From Dehalococcoidia bacterium (GTDB taxonomy: Bacteria > Chloroflexota > Dehalococcoidia > Plut-88900), in NCBI GenBank assembly GCA_965197645.1, contig OZ240219.1:3072001-3136000 (forward strand): DNA of 64,000 nucleotides, written 5' to 3'. A program made the translations under genes and the position numbers. The notes under the pieces were generated by a model, which searched no databases, was not told where the DNA came from, and worked only from the letters and a program-made list of their open reading frames with translations. Below are positions 60,575-64,000 of this stretch, piece after piece; within the stretch, counting starts at the first letter, position 1, and each line of letters opens with the position of its first letter.

Positions 60575-63244
60575 ATGACGACCAGATCGAAGAAGCTTTC
60601 GCAGATACCCAAGACCTACAATCCGGCCGACGTGGAGGAGCGTATATACCGGACCTGGACGGACCGGGGCTACTTCACACCGGAGATCGATCAAGACAAG
60701 ACTCCCTTCGTCATCATCATGCCTCCTCCCAACGTCACGGGAGAGCTGCACCTTGGCCACGCTCTGACCGCCGCCAGCGAAGATGTCCTGACGCGCTGGC
60801 ACAGGATGATGGGCGACCCCACCCTCTGGCTTCCCGGCTCCGACCACGCAGGGATTGCTACCCAGGTGGTGGTTGAAAGGCAGCTGGCCAAGGAGAGATT
60901 GACCCGCCACGGAATCGGCCGAGAGGCGTTCGAGGAACGGGTTTGGGAGTGGGTGAAACAGTACGGCAACAGGATAACCGAGCAGCACAAGCGGCTCGGC
61001 GCCTCCTGCGACTGGACTAGGGAGCGGTTCACCCTCGACGAAGGCCCCAGCCGGGCGGTGCGGACCACCTTCGTCAACCTGTATGAGAAGGGGCTCATCT
61101 ACAAGGGCGAACGGATCATCAACTGGTGCCCTCGCTGCGCCACCGCCCTATCGGACCTGGAGGTAGAGCACTCCGACGAGCACGGCGCCCTCTCCTACAT
61201 CCGGTACCCCCTGGCCGATGGGGACGGTCACATAACCGTTGCAACTACTCGCCCGGAAACACTGCTTGGCGACGCGGCCGTGGCCGTCAGTCCCGACGAC
61301 GAAAGGTACCGGGATATGGTCGGCAGGGAGGTAAACCTGCCCTCGCTGGGCCGGAAGATTCCCATCGTCGCGGACTCAGCCGTAGACGTGGAGTTCGGAA
61401 CTGGCGCCGTGAAGGTGACCCCAGCCCACGACCCGGCGGACTTCGATATAGGCCAGAGGCACGACCTGCCCACGATACTGGTCATCGGACCCGAGGGTAA
61501 GATGACCCAGGACGCAGGGCCCAGATACCAGGGCATGAGCCCCCTGGAATGCCGGACCGCTCTTATCGAGGAGCTGCGGGAGTCCGGGCTGCTCGAGAAA
61601 ACGGAGGCTTACACCCATTCGGTAGGCCACTGCCAACGGTGCGAGACCATCGTCGAGCCCATCGCCAGCAGCCAGTGGTTCGTAAAGACGGAGCCGCTGG
61701 CCGAAAGGGCGGCACAGGCAGTGAGGGGCGAGCGGATCAGGATAGTGCCCGAGCGGTTCTCCAAGGTCTATCTCAACTGGATGGACAACATCCGGGACTG
61801 GTGTATAAGCCGGCAGCTGTGGTGGGGCCATCGAATCCCCGTCTGGTACTGCGGCGCCTGCGGCCACCTGACTGTACCCATGATAGACCCCACCTCGTGC
61901 GAAAGCTGCGGCTCGGAGGACATCACCCAGGACCCCGACGTCCTCGACACCTGGTTCAGCTCAGCCCTGTGGACCCATTCGACCCTGGGCTGGCCTGACG
62001 AGACCGAGGACCTGCGCTACTTCTATCCAACGGCGGTCATGGAGACCGGGTACGACATCATCTTCTTCTGGGTGTCCCGCATGATCATGATGGGGATGGA
62101 GAACATGGACGAAATCCCCTTCCACACCGTCTATCTGCACGGCATGATCCGGGACGAGAAGGGCGAGAAGATGAGCAAGGTGAAGGGCAACGTGGTGGAC
62201 CCCATCGACGCCATAGCCCAGTACGGCGCCGACGCCCTGCGCTTCGCACTGACGGTGGGCACCGCGCCGGGCAACGATAGCCGGCTAAGCACCTCCAAGC
62301 TCCAGGCCAGCCGAAACTTTGCCAACAAACTGTGGAACGCTTCTCGATACGTACTCTCAACCGTCGAAGGGGACGCGGTAGAGGGTTGGCGGTCTCCGCT
62401 GAGGGAAGGCAGCCCCATGGAGGACCGGTGGATCATTGGCCGGCTGAACGGGACCATCGAGGCGGCACAGCGCTCGATGGAGGGGTTCCGTCTCGGCGAA
62501 GCCCAGGAGCAGGTCCAGACCTTCATATGGAGCGACTTCTGCGACTGGTATATCGAGATGGCCAAGGTGCGAATGCGAGAGATGCCCGACCAGCCCTCTC
62601 CGGTACCGGTGCTGGTGCACGTCCTGGAACGGACCCTCCGTCTCCTCCATCCCTTCATGCCCTTCATCACCGAGGAGCTGTGGCAGAATCTGACCGACGG
62701 CCTGCCTGAGGCAAACGGTCTCACCGAGTCGATTATGATAGCCTCCTTTCCACAGGCCAACCCAAGCATGCAGGACCCAATCGCCAACGGCTGGGCGGAC
62801 CTGGTAATGGGCCTCGTACGGGGCATCAGGAACATAAGGGCGGAGAAGAAGGTGGAGCCGGGCCGGCGCATACAAGCCATGTTGTTCAACGGACAAGAGC
62901 TCGGCGGCCCCGGCCAGACGTTCCTCGAGAGCCTGGCCCAGTGCTCCCTCGAGCTACGGTCCCCGGAGGCGGAGCGGCCGGAAGATTCGGTGATGGTGGT
63001 ATCCAAGAACGCCGAGGCCTATCTCCCCATCGCCGGTCTGTTCGATCTCGACGCGGAGCGGAAACGGCTGAGCAAAGAGTTGGATGAACTCCGGGGTCGG
63101 GCACGGCACGTCAAGGCTCGACTGGACAACAGCGACTTCCTGTCCAAAGCGCCGGTGGAGGTGGTCGAGAGGGAACGACAGAAGCTGGCCCAGTGGCAGG
63201 AACGGGAAGCCCGCATCCAGGAGCGCATGGCCCGGCTGGCCTGA
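60575..63244 (+). CDS. valS: Valyl-tRNA synthetase
   Basis: PPPNVTGELHLGH, DWCISRQLWWGH, KMSK, C-terminal coiled coil. Confidence 0.98.
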   Translation: MTTRSKKLSQIPKTYNPADVEERIYRTWTDRGYFTPEIDQDKTPFVIIMPPPNVTGELHLGHALTAASEDVLTRWHRMMGDPTLWLPGSDHAGIATQVVVERQLAKERLTRHGIGREAFEERVWEWVKQYGNRITEQHKRLGASCDWTRERFTLDEGPSRAVRTTFVNLYEKGLIYKGERIINWCPRCATALSDLEVEHSDEHGALSYIRYPLADGDGHITVATTRPETLLGDAAVAVSPDDERYRDMVGREVNLPSLGRKIPIVADSAVDVEFGTGAVKVTPAHDPADFDIGQRHDLPTILVIGPEGKMTQDAGPRYQGMSPLECRTALIEELRESGLLEKTEAYTHSVGHCQRCETIVEPIASSQWFVKTEPLAERAAQAVRGERIRIVPERFSKVYLNWMDNIRDWCISRQLWWGHRIPVWYCGACGHLTVPMIDPTSCESCGSEDITQDPDVLDTWFSSALWTHSTLGWPDETEDLRYFYPTAVMETGYDIIFFWVSRMIMMGMENMDEIPFHTVYLHGMIRDEKGEKMSKVKGNVVDPIDAIAQYGADALRFALTVGTAPGNDSRLSTSKLQASRNFANKLWNASRYVLSTVEGDAVEGWRSPLREGSPMEDRWIIGRLNGTIEAAQRSMEGFRLGEAQEQVQTFIWSDFCDWYIEMAKVRMREMPDQPSPVPVLVHVLERTLRLLHPFMPFITEELWQNLTDGLPEANGLTESIMIASFPQANPSMQDPIANGWADLVMGLVRGIRNIRAEKKVEPGRRIQAMLFNGQELGGPGQTFLESLAQCSLELRSPEAERPEDSVMVVSKNAEAYLPIAGLFDLDAERKRLSKELDELRGRARHVKARLDNSDFLSKAPVEVVERERQKLAQWQEREARIQERMARLA

Positions 63245-63370
63245 GTCTTTTCGCGACCATCCTCCTGGCCCTCTTCCTAGCGGGATTGATCACGAATGCT
63301 ACCCAAGGAGCGGGTTAGTGTTGCCGTTTGCGATCTCCGATGACGCTGGTTCAAGCGATATAATCGCTCT

Positions 63371-64000
63371 GTGAGCGACCATGTTTACATCTTTTTGGAC
63401 GAAGCAGGCAATTTAGACTTTACTGCTACGGGCTCCCGCTACTTCGTACTAACCAGCATTAGTATCAAGAGGCCGTTCTCTTGGTTTGGCGCACTTGACG
63501 ACTTGAAATACGACTGCCTTGAAGTGGGTCTGAAGAACGATGTTTTCCATTGTTCCGAGGACAATAGACATGTACGTAACAGGGTATTCGACATCATAGC
63601 CATGAATCTCAACGGTCTCGAGATTGACAGCCTCATTGTGGATAAGCGAAAAATTGGCCCAGCGCTGAGAGCGCCTAACCGGTTCTATCCGGAGATGCTG
63701 GGGTATCTCCTGAAGTTCGTAGTGCCGCGGCAATTGAGATCGGATAGCGATGAAGTGGCTGTGATTACTGACAACTTGCCACTGAGTAGCAAGCGGAAAA
63801 CCATCGAAAAGTCAATCAAGCTCGCTCTTGCGAAGATGATGCCCTCGATGTATCGACGATACCAAGTTCTTCATCACAACTCTAGGGCGCACTATGGGCT
63901 TTAAGTGGCAGATTACTGCTGCTGGGCCGTGTTCAGGAAGTGGGAACGGGAGGACAGTACCTACTTCAGCAAGATCGAACCGGCAATAAACAGTGAGTTA
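63371..64000 (+). pseudogene. DUF3800 family protein with internal TAA, running off the window end
   Basis: YIFLDEAG N-terminus; frame continues past TAA at 63902 as GL*VADYCCWAVFRKWE (expected LQxAD motif). Confidence 0.8.

Noticed and set aside
1477-63904. Alternative genetic code suggested by in-frame stops (1477 TAG, 2953 TGA, ~31612 TGA, 63902 TAA)
   Set aside because: All three stop codons terminate intact genes (recN TGA, topA TAG, hsdM TAA). The interruptions are confined to accessory genes and fit single-base nonsense changes.

Overview
GC-rich bacterial window, most likely Chloroflexota/Dehalococcoidia (SAR202-like). This is inferred from PT-rich lipoproteins, the GWFSTGR-type PurN, paralogous enoyl-CoA hydratases and the acidic family-5 SBP; it is not proven. 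The right half (32.4-63.3 kb) is core genome: dprA-topA-xerC-aroQ-pepQ-efp, purN, two crotonases, tig-clpP-clpX, aspS, a sigma70, folD, metF, MFS, coaX-coaBC, acpS-nnr, valS. The left half is accessory and is split by two identical tRNA-Ser 3'-end (att) fragments at 13174 and 32032, which points to tandem integrated islands. The first region holds a stop-interrupted giant CARDB/RCC1 lipoprotein, SRAP, recN and a compact four-gene operon (HigB-like toxin, HigA-ImmA fusion, Nmad2-like protein, twin Zn-finger/HxH protein). That operon is the best candidate here for an undescribed defence system. The second island holds a P4-like integrase and a CdnE-type CBASS cyclase fused tail-to-tail by a deletion, a Type I R-M operon with two toxin-antitoxin pairs nested inside, a Cys/Met PLP lyase, and a Dpp-type ABC system whose DppB permease carries an inserted BNR/YCF48 beta-propeller. 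At least two MITE-like repeat families and several pseudogenes are present. All family calls come from motif recognition by eye; no database searches were run.
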